NCBI GenBank assembly: GCA_050250855.1
Contig: JBFWNW010000004.1
Location: 154,002-218,001, forward strand
DNA length: 64,000 bases
DNA from: Candidatus Babeliales bacterium
Lineage (GTDB): Bacteria > Babelota > Babeliae > Babelales > JACPOV01
Direction: 5' to 3'
The translations under genes and the position numbers were made by a program. Shown in pieces: positions 26,574 to 36,555 of this stretch. The notes beneath the pieces were generated by a model. The model was not told the DNA's origin. It saw nothing but the letters and a program-made list of their open reading frames with translations, and did not search any database. Position 1 is the first letter of the stretch. Every line of letters starts with the position of its first letter.

Positions 26574-27574
26574 GTGTGGATTATTTTTTTCGTTTAGCAC
26601 ATAAAGAAGTGGCATTTTTTATTATTATAGTCGTTCTAGCAGCGGCATTGTGGCGTTATAAATTTTACAAGTCGGCTACCTATTCCTATTCACTTACTCA
26701 TTATTTGACAACGGCATTACCTGTTTTGTCAGTACCACTCTATAAAATAGTTCCTTTTGTCTTAAGATTGCTTGCCTTACTTGTACTTGCATTATTAGTT
26801 GCAAGACCGCAACTGGTAAATGTACATTCTAAAGTTCATGTTGAAGGGCATGATATTATGCTTGTGCTTGATGCTTCTGGAAGTATGCAATGTTTTGATG
26901 ATCTACAAGATAAGCGTCCCCGTTTTCAAGTTGCAAAGGAAGAGGCTATTCGTTTTATTGAAAAAAGACAAGATGATCAAGTTGGCTTGGTTATTTTTGG
27001 TAAGGATGCCATTTCACGATGTCCTTTGACGCTGGATCATCATATTCTTAAAGGGATTCTTGAGGATCTCAAGCTTGGTGATATAGATCCTGATGGTACC
27101 GTCTTGAGTATTGCTCTTTCTATGGCAGCAAATAGATTAAAACAATCGAAAGCTAAAACAAAATTAATTATAGCATTAACCGATGGTGAGCCGACGCCAG
27201 GTGTTGATATTCAACCGCAAATAGCCGTTGCTTTAGCAAAAAAGCTTGGGGTGAAAATATACACGATTGGGATAGGAAATGATCAAGGAGGTTTCTGGTA
27301 CGATCCTCTTTTTGGGGTGCGATCAACCGGCTTTAAAGTAAATAAAGATTTGCTGCGTGCAGTTTCAAGTGAAACGGGAGGCAAATTCTTTTATGCGCAT
27401 AATCCCGATGAATTGGCAAAAATATATGATGCCATTGATCAGTTAGAAAAAACTGAATATGAAACCTCTGTTTTTTCTCATTATTATGAATTGACATTTT
27501 TGTTTATCAGTCTAATTCTAATACTACTATTAATCGAGTTATTGACTACAACATTTGTATGGTTTCGAGTATGA
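26570..27574 (+). CDS. batA: VWA domain protein, BatA-like
   Basis: ARPQ, DASGSM MIDAS, PLTLD, TDGE and KIYTIGIG motifs; N- and C-terminal TM helices. Confidence 0.88.
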   Translation: MSVDYFFRLAHKEVAFFIIIVVLAAALWRYKFYKSATYSYSLTHYLTTALPVLSVPLYKIVPFVLRLLALLVLALLVARPQLVNVHSKVHVEGHDIMLVLDASGSMQCFDDLQDKRPRFQVAKEEAIRFIEKRQDDQVGLVIFGKDAISRCPLTLDHHILKGILEDLKLGDIDPDGTVLSIALSMAANRLKQSKAKTKLIIALTDGEPTPGVDIQPQIAVALAKKLGVKIYTIGIGNDQGGFWYDPLFGVRSTGFKVNKDLLRAVSSETGGKFFYAHNPDELAKIYDAIDQLEKTEYETSVFSHYYELTFLFISLILILLLIELLTTTFVWFRV

Positions 27575-28578
27575 ATTTTTCTTTTTTTGGTATAACATTT
27601 CAAGCGCCAGAGCTATGGAAGCTACTTCCTTTTTTTCTTATAGGAGGGGCTCTTTGCTCATGGCAATGTTACAAGCGATGTTTGTCATATGATGTGCTTG
27701 CGGTTTCTAAATGGCGATCGTTATTGCTCAAGCATGCATCAAAAGTAAGGCAATGGGCAAAAAGCATACTTTTTTCTTTAGGATTATTATTTCTTTTTAT
27801 AACATTATTGCGCCCTGCATGGGGTAAAAAAGAAGATATTATCAAGCAGGAAGGGCGCGATCTTTTAATAGCACTTGATGTTTCAAAAAGTATGCTAGCA
27901 CAAGATAGATCCCCAAACAGATTAGAATTTGCTAAAGCAAAAATAAAAAAATTATTACACAAGCTTGATTACGAGCGCGTAGGGCTTATGCTCTTTGCTG
28001 GAGCAACCATAGTGCAATGTCCTCTAACTAATGATTATAAAGCATTCTATATGTTCCTTGATCAAGTTGATCAAAATACCATATCTTCAGGCAGTACTGC
28101 TCTTGATCAAGCACTCATGAAAGCTCTTGAACTGTTTGAAAAGATGCCATCAAAAAAGAATAAACTGCTTGTTATTTTTACGGATGGTGAAGATTTTTCT
28201 AGTAATTTGAGTACTATTCGTGCAAAAGCTGCTTCAATGGGTCTGACAATTTTTACCGTAGGCCTTGGAACAGCGGAAGGTGCACCGATTCCTTTGTATG
28301 ATGAGCGCGGAGAATCAATTGGTCATCAAAAAGATGAAAAAGGTTCCGTGGTAATTAGCCGATTAAATGAAGGAATCTTGCGTACATTAGCAGATGAAAC
28401 CGGCGGCTCATATGTGCTTGCTCAAGAAAATAATGAAGATATTGCTACCATTATAAAACGCGTGCAGCAATTTGAAAAGGAAGCGATTGAAGATAAACGA
28501 ATTATTCAGGTTGAAGAACGCTATCCGTATTTTGCTGCAGTATCGTTATTTTTTTTTATTCTTGAATGGTTGTTATGA
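27571..28578 (+). CDS. batB: VWA domain protein, BatB-like
   Basis: RPAWG, LDVSKSMLAQD, PNRLE, TDGED and GAPIP motifs; ATGA overlap with batA. Confidence 0.88.
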   Translation: MNFSFFGITFQAPELWKLLPFFLIGGALCSWQCYKRCLSYDVLAVSKWRSLLLKHASKVRQWAKSILFSLGLLFLFITLLRPAWGKKEDIIKQEGRDLLIALDVSKSMLAQDRSPNRLEFAKAKIKKLLHKLDYERVGLMLFAGATIVQCPLTNDYKAFYMFLDQVDQNTISSGSTALDQALMKALELFEKMPSKKNKLLVIFTDGEDFSSNLSTIRAKAASMGLTIFTVGLGTAEGAPIPLYDERGESIGHQKDEKGSVVISRLNEGILRTLADETGGSYVLAQENNEDIATIIKRVQQFEKEAIEDKRIIQVEERYPYFAAVSLFFFILEWLL

Positions 28579-29720
28579 AGATAAGTAAATTAATTATTTT
28601 ATTTTTTTGTAGTTCTCTGCAGGCAGGGCCACTTTCATTTTTCAAGCAGCGTAATGCTGTCAATGCATATCATATGAAAGATCTTGATACGGCAGAAACG
28701 CTTTTTAAAGATCTTGTTTTGCAGGATTATCGTGATATGCATGCAGTGTATAATCTTGGTAAAGTTGCTTATGCAAAGAAAAATTTTGCTCAAGCTGAAG
28801 GATATTTTCAGGAAGTGGTTAATGCGCAACAAAGTACTGGGCAAGAAAAACTACAGGCTAGCTTTGATGCCGGTAATGCACAAGTACGTCAAGAAAAATT
28901 TCACGAGGCACTTGATTCGTATCAAAAAGTTCTAGAATTTGATTCTCAGCATCAGCAAGCACAAGAAATGATTGAACAGCTTAAAAAGTTGCTTGAAGAA
29001 CAAAAAAAGCAAGAAGAGCAGCAAAAGCAGGAACAACAAGAAAAAAAAGATCAACAAAAAGATAAAGAGCAAAATAATAAAAATGATTCTCAGCAGCAAA
29101 AATCTGAGGATCAGTGTGATCAGCAAAAACAAGAAGACAAGAATAATAATGCTGATCAGCAGCAGAAGGATGACCAGGATAATAAGCAGTCAGATCAACA
29201 AAATCAGGACAAAAAAGAACAAGATAATCAAAAAAATAATGCCAATAATAATCAATCATCAGATTCTGGTGGAAAACCAAAAGATCGAGGTGGTGAACAA
29301 AACAAGAGCGACAAAAAAAGCGATGACCTTGAGAGCCAAGAAGAAGGAAAGAACCAAGAACAGCGTGGGGCTGAAGAGAAGAAGGATAGTTCCGGCAAAG
29401 ATTCTGAGGGGCAATCTGGTCAAGAAATGAATGATGACCTTGAACAGGACAAAGCCTCCAATGATGCTCAGCAGGGGAAAGAGCAAAAAGATAATCATAC
29501 ATCTCCTTCAAAAAATGATTCTTCTTTAAATGATACGCAAGAAGGGCAACAACTACAAGAATCTGAAGATAAAGAAGAAAAACCAGATGAAAGACTTTCA
29601 GAACAAGAAGCACAATTTTTACAACTACTTGAAGAAAAAGATGCAAACTCATTAAAGAAAATGCTTAAAGGAACTATAAAAACAAAAATGCCTCAGCAAT
29701 CAGGACAAAAAAATTGGTAA
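28575..29720 (+). CDS. batC: TPR protein with Q/D/K-rich low-complexity tail, BatC-like
   Basis: YNLG TPR repeats, long QQKD-rich linker, terminal KNW; position in the bat operon. Confidence 0.82.
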   Translation: MKISKLIILFFCSSLQAGPLSFFKQRNAVNAYHMKDLDTAETLFKDLVLQDYRDMHAVYNLGKVAYAKKNFAQAEGYFQEVVNAQQSTGQEKLQASFDAGNAQVRQEKFHEALDSYQKVLEFDSQHQQAQEMIEQLKKLLEEQKKQEEQQKQEQQEKKDQQKDKEQNNKNDSQQQKSEDQCDQQKQEDKNNNADQQQKDDQDNKQSDQQNQDKKEQDNQKNNANNNQSSDSGGKPKDRGGEQNKSDKKSDDLESQEEGKNQEQRGAEEKKDSSGKDSEGQSGQEMNDDLEQDKASNDAQQGKEQKDNHTSPSKNDSSLNDTQEGQQLQESEDKEEKPDERLSEQEAQFLQLLEEKDANSLKKMLKGTIKTKMPQQSGQKNW

Positions 29721-29736
29721 TGAGGTAAGGATTGTT

Positions 29737-31425
29737 ATGATAAAAATGAGATTTTTAGCAATTTTTTTACTTTCCATGTTTGCAGTAGGAGCGCAAGAAC
29801 ATGTTGCATTACGCATACTTGATATAAATGGTGCATCATTGGCTAATCCCGCAGTTGGTATTCCTTTTCTTGTTGAAGTACAAGTAACCAGTCAAGATAC
29901 CGTGCCGGGTACACCTCAAGTTGCGGGATTACATAATTTAGTTGTTGAAGGAAAAGGTCATGTGAGCACCATAAATTCTGTGGTGAATGGTGTGCGTTCA
30001 ACAAGAAAAATATTTCAATATCGTGTACATGCAGATAATCCTGGCATGTATACGTTGGGGCCGGCATGCATTAATGGAAAGCGACGATTACAATCAAACA
30101 TTGTAACTATAGAAGTTCTTAAAGATCAGCCGGTGCATAAAAAAATGGAGCCATTTTTAAAGCTAATGCTTAATAAGCAAACGGCAGTTGTGGGAGAACC
30201 AATTTTATGTTCTTTGCGTTTTTATCCTTTTAACTCAGTAACGCTTGATGGTCTTTCTGAACCAAAATTTAAAGATTTTTCAACAACAGGTCTTGAAGGG
30301 CCTTATACAGGATCAGAAGTTGTTGAGGGAAACAATCTTACGTTTATTGAATGGCGTACAACGCTCTATCCCAAAAAAGCAGGCAAACTTACTATTCCTT
30401 CTATTGCTGCTCTTTATAAAAAGAAACGTAATCAGCATGTTCCTCATGGCTTTGAAATGTTTGATCGTTTATTTAATAGTGGCATGGAGCAAAAACAGAT
30501 TTTTTCTCAAGCCGTTTCGCTTGATGTGCAAGAACTGCCTGAACATACTGGTCCTGTTCATGGTATTGGTGTATATGATTCATTAACTGCGGAAGTTGAT
30601 CATGCACAAGCGCAGGAAGGAGAGGGTATTGTGTACCGATTGACTCTTAAAGGAGATGGGGATCTTCAATCTATTCAGCCTCTAGAACTTACCATGCAAG
30701 AGGGTTTGAAATATTATGAATCAAAAAATTTTATTGATGCTGCAAAAAAAGAAAAAACATTTGAATATATTGTACAAGGTATAAAAGCTGGCTCATGGGA
30801 AATTCCACCAGCTCGGTTTACCTATTATGATTTACAAAAAAGAGCATATGTTACGCTAGAAAGTAATCCTATCATCATAACAATTAATGAATCAGCGCAT
30901 CAAAAAGATTTGTATGCTGAAAAACAAAACAAAGAGGGCCAAAAGAAGGACGAAGAATCGCATGTAATGCTCAATGAGGGGCCGTGGTATGCGCATAAAG
31001 AACGTTCTTTATCATGGTGGCTATTTTGGTTATTATTTTTTATACCGCTAGTAGGCATTGCTTATAGCTTGATCAATAGATTCATAGAAAATTATTATAC
31101 GCAACATAGTGCAATGTTTAGAAAGAAAAAAGCATTCTCTCATGCACGCGCAGCACTCAAGGCGGCAGAATTAAGCAATAATCAGCAAAATCTATATACT
31201 ATTTTTGTACAATGTTTTGTTGATCGTTGTGCATTAGTACCGTCTGCCGTTACGGTAGAATCTATAGATAGCTACTTGCACCAAGCAGGTATGCCAGTAG
31301 AAGTGCGTAAACAATGGCAAGAATTTTTTGATACCATTGTTCAAATTAAATTTTTTCAGGGTTTTAAAGCAGATATTTTTAAAGAAGCGTATACATGGCT
31401 AAATCAATTAGAAAATTATATATAA
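29737..31425 (+). CDS. batD: BatD family protein
   Basis: Signal peptide, repeated Ig-like segments (GKLTIPS, GSWEIPP), late TM helix; position in the operon. Confidence 0.82.
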   Translation: MIKMRFLAIFLLSMFAVGAQEHVALRILDINGASLANPAVGIPFLVEVQVTSQDTVPGTPQVAGLHNLVVEGKGHVSTINSVVNGVRSTRKIFQYRVHADNPGMYTLGPACINGKRRLQSNIVTIEVLKDQPVHKKMEPFLKLMLNKQTAVVGEPILCSLRFYPFNSVTLDGLSEPKFKDFSTTGLEGPYTGSEVVEGNNLTFIEWRTTLYPKKAGKLTIPSIAALYKKKRNQHVPHGFEMFDRLFNSGMEQKQIFSQAVSLDVQELPEHTGPVHGIGVYDSLTAEVDHAQAQEGEGIVYRLTLKGDGDLQSIQPLELTMQEGLKYYESKNFIDAAKKEKTFEYIVQGIKAGSWEIPPARFTYYDLQKRAYVTLESNPIIITINESAHQKDLYAEKQNKEGQKKDEESHVMLNEGPWYAHKERSLSWWLFWLLFFIPLVGIAYSLINRFIENYYTQHSAMFRKKKAFSHARAALKAAELSNNQQNLYTIFVQCFVDRCALVPSAVTVESIDSYLHQAGMPVEVRKQWQEFFDTIVQIKFFQGFKADIFKEAYTWLNQLENYI

Positions 31426-32114
31426 AGATTTTTTGTTTAGGATTGTTAGTGCTGCCTAATTTTGTGCATGCGCACAATAATCAAGAACTTTTTTTGCAAG
31501 CAAATCTTGCTTATCAACAAGGAGATTTTGATCAAGCATTGCGTTTATATGAGAAAATTAATAATAAAGGCCTTGCAGTACTTCATAACATGGCACATGC
31601 ATTTTATCAACAAGTAGATTTTGTCAATGCATTACTTTTTTACAAGCGCGCACAAAAAACTGCTGATGTAGTTCTTTATGATGAATTGGAAAAATCAATT
31701 GATGACGTAGCAACAAAATTGGGTGTTAATCAACAAAAAGGATCTTTTGCTTGGTTAGAGCGTTTCACGCATTATGCATCATTATTTGTATGGCAAATAA
31801 TTTTTTTAGTTTTATGGTTTTTAATATGGGGACTTTATTATACGAAAAAAAAGGTTTTAGCTTATTTTTTTATAGTTCCATTGGGCGCTGTGGCAAGTGT
31901 ATTATGCGTGATTTATATACTTTCTGGACGATTAGCAGCCTTTGTTCTAGAAGATAGTTTTTTGTATATTAGTCCAAGCGATAAAGTTGCTCAGCAAACT
32001 GCTCTTAAAAAAGGTGAGCAGGTTATTATTCGTGAAAAAATTGATGGGTGGTACAAAGGAGAAGCGCGAGGCATAGTAGGCTGGGTTGCAGAGAAAAATT
32101 TGGTTGAGATTTAG
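31395..32114 (+). CDS. batE: TPR + TM + SH3-like protein, BatE-like
   Basis: FLQANLAYQQGDF TPR, two TM helices, C-terminal GWYKG...GWV SH3-like domain. Confidence 0.8.
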   Translation: MAKSIRKLYIKIFCLGLLVLPNFVHAHNNQELFLQANLAYQQGDFDQALRLYEKINNKGLAVLHNMAHAFYQQVDFVNALLFYKRAQKTADVVLYDELEKSIDDVATKLGVNQQKGSFAWLERFTHYASLFVWQIIFLVLWFLIWGLYYTKKKVLAYFFIVPLGAVASVLCVIYILSGRLAAFVLEDSFLYISPSDKVAQQTALKKGEQVIIREKIDGWYKGEARGIVGWVAEKNLVEI

Positions 32115-32131
32115 AAAAAAGGTTTGCATCT

Positions 32132-32941
32132 TTGTTAGGGCTCAAAAAAGCATTTATACAGTTTTTGTTTTTAATTGTCTGTATACTTATGATACTGCTT
32201 GCAGTACACTTGTATTATGAATATAGTGCGTTAGCAGAAATTTATTATATGCAGATTTCTCAAAAAAAACAGAGAGCAAATTTAGATGCGTGTTTTGATA
32301 CTAGTTCTTGTGGAGAGCCGGAAGTAAAGGGCAACTTTTTAGTTGTTAACCGTGAGATGAAGCATTTAAAAAAAGAAGCAGCTCTATTTGCTCATGAACA
32401 GCATATAAAAAATAATGAAGAAGATTTGTATGATGATCAGGTAGAGTTTGCAGCAAAGCATGAAGCTTATTTTGCATCTACTCATGGTAGTCAGAGAGTT
32501 CCTAAAAGAGCACATGTAGTACCGAAATCTTTTTGCTGGCCCGTTGAACGTTCTTCATTTTGGTTAAGCTCATTATTTGGTCCACGCAAAAAAGAAAATG
32601 GCAGAGCAGGATTTCATTTTGGTATTGATATGGCAGCACGTAGGGGAACGCCCGTTAAAGCAGTAGCGCTGGGTTCTGTTATAGAAGCACAAGCAAATAA
32701 TGGTTATGGCAATACTGTTTTAATTAAGCATGCTGATGATATTTATCAGACGCGGTATGCGCATTTAGATAAAATTTTTGTAAGAAAAGGTCAGCGCGTA
32801 GTAAAAGGACAAAAAATAGGATCTGTTGGCAATACTGGTTTTGTGCGCGGGCGGCAGGGAGAAGAAAATGCTCATCATCTGCATTTTGAAGTAAAGCGCT
32901 ATGGAAAAAATATTGACCCTTTAAAAATGTTACCAACATAA
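32132..32941 (+). CDS. M23 family metallopeptidase
   Basis: HFGID (HxxxD), GYGN, YAHL and HLHFE motifs; N-terminal TM anchor. Confidence 0.92.
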   Translation: MLGLKKAFIQFLFLIVCILMILLAVHLYYEYSALAEIYYMQISQKKQRANLDACFDTSSCGEPEVKGNFLVVNREMKHLKKEAALFAHEQHIKNNEEDLYDDQVEFAAKHEAYFASTHGSQRVPKRAHVVPKSFCWPVERSSFWLSSLFGPRKKENGRAGFHFGIDMAARRGTPVKAVALGSVIEAQANNGYGNTVLIKHADDIYQTRYAHLDKIFVRKGQRVVKGQKIGSVGNTGFVRGRQGEENAHHLHFEVKRYGKNIDPLKMLPT

Positions 32942-32953
32942 AAGGATATAAGT

Positions 32954-33856
32954 ATGTTTAGAAAATTTTGGGCTTGGTATAAACGACCAAATAAAACAAC
33001 ATTTGAACAATATGTAGAAACATTTATTGTGATAGTTCCTCTAGCATTTGTTATTAGAACCTATTTCTATGGACTCTATCAAGTGCCTACCGGTTCTATG
33101 GAAGTTACTATGCTTGTCGGTGAACGTTTTTTTGCCGATAAATTTACCATTTTATTCTCACCACCAAAACGTGGCGATATTATTAGTTTTAATGATCCTG
33201 ATTATAACTATTCAAAAAACCCTCTTATGCGTTTATATGAACATTATGTATGGGGGCCATCAAATTGGACAAAACGTGTTATCGGTGTACCCGGCGATCA
33301 TGTAAAAGGAGTGATTGAAAATGGCAAACCAGAAATTTATATTAATGGCCAAAAGCTTGATCAACCATTTATTAATCCCTATCAATTAATTGCAGAAGGG
33401 ACAGGTAGTGGTGGTATTAGATATAAAACATGGGACCCTAACTATAGTTATGAAAATCAGCCATTTTATCGTTTAAATGAATATCAAGTTTTTCTTGCAA
33501 AAAAATTACTCCGTCAACATGGATTGAATAACATAAAATATCCGTATGAGCCTGAAGGTATAAAAGATGAATATGATATTCATTTGGGCCCTAATGAGTA
33601 CTGGGTATTGGGTGATAACAGGCGCGGTAGTAATGATTCGCGTTTTTTTGGTAAGCTTGATGGTAGTTTAATTCATGGCAAAATTGTTTGGCGAATTCTT
33701 TCTATTGACAGTAAAGGTGGAAATTTTTCATGGTCGGATATCTTCAATAATCCTATTGAATATTTAGAAACATGGCTTGTTTTTGATATTATATTGCATC
33801 CTATTGATTTCTGGTCACGTGTTCGTTGGAGCCGCTTTTTCCAACCAGTACGTTAA
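32954..33856 (+). CDS. lepB: Signal peptidase I
   Basis: VPTGSM (catalytic Ser), KRVIGVPGD (catalytic Lys), GDNRRGSNDSR. Confidence 0.95.
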   Translation: MFRKFWAWYKRPNKTTFEQYVETFIVIVPLAFVIRTYFYGLYQVPTGSMEVTMLVGERFFADKFTILFSPPKRGDIISFNDPDYNYSKNPLMRLYEHYVWGPSNWTKRVIGVPGDHVKGVIENGKPEIYINGQKLDQPFINPYQLIAEGTGSGGIRYKTWDPNYSYENQPFYRLNEYQVFLAKKLLRQHGLNNIKYPYEPEGIKDEYDIHLGPNEYWVLGDNRRGSNDSRFFGKLDGSLIHGKIVWRILSIDSKGGNFSWSDIFNNPIEYLETWLVFDIILHPIDFWSRVRWSRFFQPVR

Positions 33857-33923
33857 AAATCTTGTAAAGAGAATATTATTTAGTGCAGTATAAAAAGGAA
33901 GCTAAAATTAGAAAGGAAAACTA

Positions 33924-34430
33924 ATGAACATTCGTAAAAATTTTGTCGTGGCAGGATTGTGTTTTCTCTCTTTATGTTTGACTTCATGTCGTATGGGTCA
34001 AGAGGATAAAGCGCAAGACGGTCTTTTTTTAGTCAATGTTCTTGATAAGAAGTTTTTTGATGATTGTGCATTAAAGGCTCCAGGTGGTAAAGTTTATTCA
34101 GTAAATGTATCTATGGATGATCTTGAAACATATGCAGGTAAGCATTGGGATAAACAAAAAACAAATATTGTTGTATATTGTGCAAATTATAAGTGTACAG
34201 CCAGTGGAGAATCTGCTAAAATACTTAAAGATTTAGGTTACAACCATGTTTGGGCCTATGAAGGTGGCACTGCCGAATGGATGAACAAAGGATTTCCTGT
34301 TGAAGGTCCATGCAAGCAGGGTTATTTGAAAGATTACGAAAAGCCTGCAGGACATGAGGTAGAGGCTGGTGTTTCTCCTATAACTGCAGAGGAATTAAAA
34401 GCTAAAATTGATGCTTTTTCGGCTCAATAG
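33924..34430 (+). CDS. Rhodanese-like domain lipoprotein
   Basis: Lipobox LTSC; IVVYCANYKC; AYEGGTAEW. Confidence 0.85.
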   Translation: MNIRKNFVVAGLCFLSLCLTSCRMGQEDKAQDGLFLVNVLDKKFFDDCALKAPGGKVYSVNVSMDDLETYAGKHWDKQKTNIVVYCANYKCTASGESAKILKDLGYNHVWAYEGGTAEWMNKGFPVEGPCKQGYLKDYEKPAGHEVEAGVSPITAEELKAKIDAFSAQ

Positions 34431-34459
34431 TCTTTAACGAAATTTGTATCTAAAAAGAG

Positions 34460-34533
34460 GGCGGCATAGCCAAGTGGTAAGGCATGGGACTGCAAATCCC
34501 TGATCCCCGGTTCGAATCCGGGTGCCGCCTCCA
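34460..34533 (+). tRNA. tRNA-Cys (GCA)
   Basis: GGCGGCA/TGCCGCC acceptor stem, anticodon loop CTGCAAA, GGTTCGAATCC T-arm, U73 discriminator, encoded CCA. Confidence 0.97.
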
Positions 34534-35148
34534 TACTTCGCTGAAAGCTTCGTATGGCACGGCCATTTTTTTAATCGGAATAAATATAAAAAGAAAAGTT
34601 GAGTAGGCTGTCCGCCGAAGCTTGCCAAGCCCTGAAGGCGTGGATAAGCGAAGGCTGGACAATTGATAAAAGCTTCGCCTGGCACGCCAGCTTAAAATTG
34701 GAATAAGTATAGAAAAAAACGTTGAGTAGGTTGTCTGTCAAAGTTAGCCAAACCTTGAATTAGCTGCAAGCAAAAGTCGAATCAAAAAAAATGTTTTATT
34801 TTTCCCTAAAAATAAGGCATATTAAATAAACTATAAAATATCTTATCTTGTAATGCCGAGGTGGCGGAATAGGTAGACGCAAAGGACTTAAAATCCTTCG
34901 GGCTATGCTCGTACCGGTTCGAGTCCGGTCCTCGGCACCATACTTCGCTAAAAGCTTCGTATGGCACGGCCAGTTTTTTTAAGGAATGTAAAAAATTATT
35001 ATACAGGGAAAATAGGCGAAAGCTGTCTGCCGAAGCTTGCCAAGCCCTGAAGGCGTGGATTAGCGCAGGCCGTATGGTACGGCCCCATTTTTTAATCGGA
35101 ATAAATATAGAAAAAAAAGTTGAGTAGGCTGTCGGCCGAAAGCTTGCA
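34531..35148. repeat. tRNA-linked palindromic repeat modules (family 2), four degenerate copies
   Basis: Modules at ~34531-34660, 34668-34765, 34938-35070 and 35071-35148: AAAGCTTCGTATGGCACGGCCA, AT-rich spacer, then GCTGTCYGCCGAAGCTTGCCAAGCCCTGAAGGCGTGGAT. Confidence 0.85.
34855..34940 (+). tRNA. tRNA-Leu (TAA)
   Basis: GCCGAGG/CCTCGGC acceptor stem, anticodon loop CTTAAAA, long variable arm, GGTTCGAGTCC, encoded CCA. Confidence 0.97.
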
Positions 35149-35351
35149 AGATTTTTTTGAATTAGTTTTTTTCACTATTCAAAAAAATCTTTTTTTATTT
35201 TAAAGAATAAAATTTAAAAAATATTATTGTATAACTACAACAATATTTTTTGTGTTGATTTAAAGAAAAAATAATTAATTTTTTGAGCCAATTTTTTCTA
35301 AAAAGTTAATGAAAAGCTTTATATAAAAAGATTATCGCCATTAAAAATTTC

Positions 35352-35379
35352 TTGACAAAAGTTATAAGCAATATAAGTT
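35352..35379 (+). promoter_or_regulatory. Putative sigma70 promoter for hup
   Basis: TTGACA-16 nt-TAAGTT preceded by a very AT-rich UP-like region. Confidence 0.45.
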
Positions 35380-35454
35380 ACGAATTAGAACATGTTTTGT
35401 TGACATGTGGAGTGAAAGGTAAGATCGAAGGGCCCTTTAGCTAAAAGGAATACT

Positions 35455-35727
35455 ATGAATAAAGCTATGGTCGTTGAAGAAATGTCAAGAATGACAAAAG
35501 AACCAAAAGCTACGTGCAAACGTTGCTTGGAAGCTTTTGTTGACATTGTACGTGGTACACTTAAAAAAAATAAACAAGTTGTGTTGACTGATTTTGGTAC
35601 TTTCTCAGTACTAAAACGTAAAGCACGTACAGGTGTAAACCCTGCAACTGGTAAAAAAATGCAAATTCCTGCTAAGAAAGTTCCTAAATTCAAACCAGGA
35701 AAAGCATTAAAAGAAATGGTTGCGTAA
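35455..35727 (+). CDS. hup: HU family DNA-binding protein
   Basis: MNKA..., FGTF, RKARTGVNPATG and PKFKPGKALKE motifs. Confidence 0.95.
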   Translation: MNKAMVVEEMSRMTKEPKATCKRCLEAFVDIVRGTLKKNKQVVLTDFGTFSVLKRKARTGVNPATGKKMQIPAKKVPKFKPGKALKEMVA

Positions 35728-35752
35728 GTCTTATCTGACTTATCTCAATTTC

Positions 35753-35791
35753 AAAAAATAAGGGTGCTCTTGCGGGCATCCTTATTTTTTT
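35753..35791 (+). terminator. Rho-independent (bidirectional-type) terminator
   Basis: AAAAAATAAGGGTGC...GCATCCTTATTTTTT inverted repeat downstream of hup. Confidence 0.85.
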
Positions 35792-35801
35792 GTCTCCCTG
35801 T

Positions 35802-36033
35802 GCTCATGTGGTTCGATACGATTTCTTCGAAATCACCCTTCGCGAATACTCAAGGCAGGTTCACCGATTGCTTCGATCATCCCGAGTGCCAAGCTTTGCT
35901 TGGTGTATCGAGGGACATGAGCGCTTCATTACGTAAAATCACTTGGCCTCATATATTATCGCGTTCATCCTGCCTGTCCTGAGTCTATTGAAGGGAGTGA
36001 TGTGCGCAGCACATTGTATCGAAGGATATGAAC
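35802..36033. repeat. Divergent family-1 palindromic composite with nested 23-24-nt CCTG-CCTGAG...GAAGGG units
   Basis: GCTCATGT...ACATGAGC and GTTCATCCTG...TCGAAGGATATGAAC arms; inserts CCCTTCGCGAATACTCAAGGCAGG and CCTGTCCTGAGTCTATTGAAGGG. Confidence 0.7.
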
Positions 36034-36165
36034 ACAAAGCATGAAATGGAGTGTTTTTAACCTTAAAACAAGCAAATTAGCCCTAATATATTGATTCAGC
36101 TTTTTATAATTAAGTATACTAAGAAGGTATAAAGGGATTTTTATTAGGAAATTAGGGGAGATATT

Positions 36166-36546
36166 ATGGAAACAGATGTAAAACAGAGCTGGTTTGAAGT
36201 GCTCCAGGAAAAAGCACAGAAATTTGCTGATCATTTTGAAATATCATGGTCTAAATCTTCAGAATATGGTATTGCATGTGGTGGCGGGTTTTTAGTAGGA
36301 TTTTTAGTAAAACGTTATGCGCGTCCAGTAATTCTAACCGCGTTAGTAGTATCAGCGCTCTTACTTGGTCTTAATTATTTTGAAATTATTACTATTAACT
36401 GGGTTGCTGTTAAAGAGTTTATTGGTATGACGCCATCAGCAAATTTTGAAGGGTTCTTCCAAGAGTATTGGGAATGGGCTTCAACGCATGCCGTTACCGT
36501 AATTTTTGGTATACTTGGTTTTGTTGTTGGTTATAAAATTGGTTAA
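36166..36546 (+). CDS. Small membrane protein, FUN14-like
   Basis: GGGFLVGFLVKR, hydrophobic helix, IITINW and C-terminal GFVVG pattern typical of the FUN14 family. Confidence 0.6.
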   Translation: METDVKQSWFEVLQEKAQKFADHFEISWSKSSEYGIACGGGFLVGFLVKRYARPVILTALVVSALLLGLNYFEIITINWVAVKEFIGMTPSANFEGFFQEYWEWASTHAVTVIFGILGFVVGYKIG

Positions 36547-36555
36547 GGCTTTCCA

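Noticed and set aside
28981..29652. 223-aa minus-strand ORF and other overlapping ORFs in batC
   Set aside because: Artefacts of the low-complexity Q/K/D-rich coding strand.
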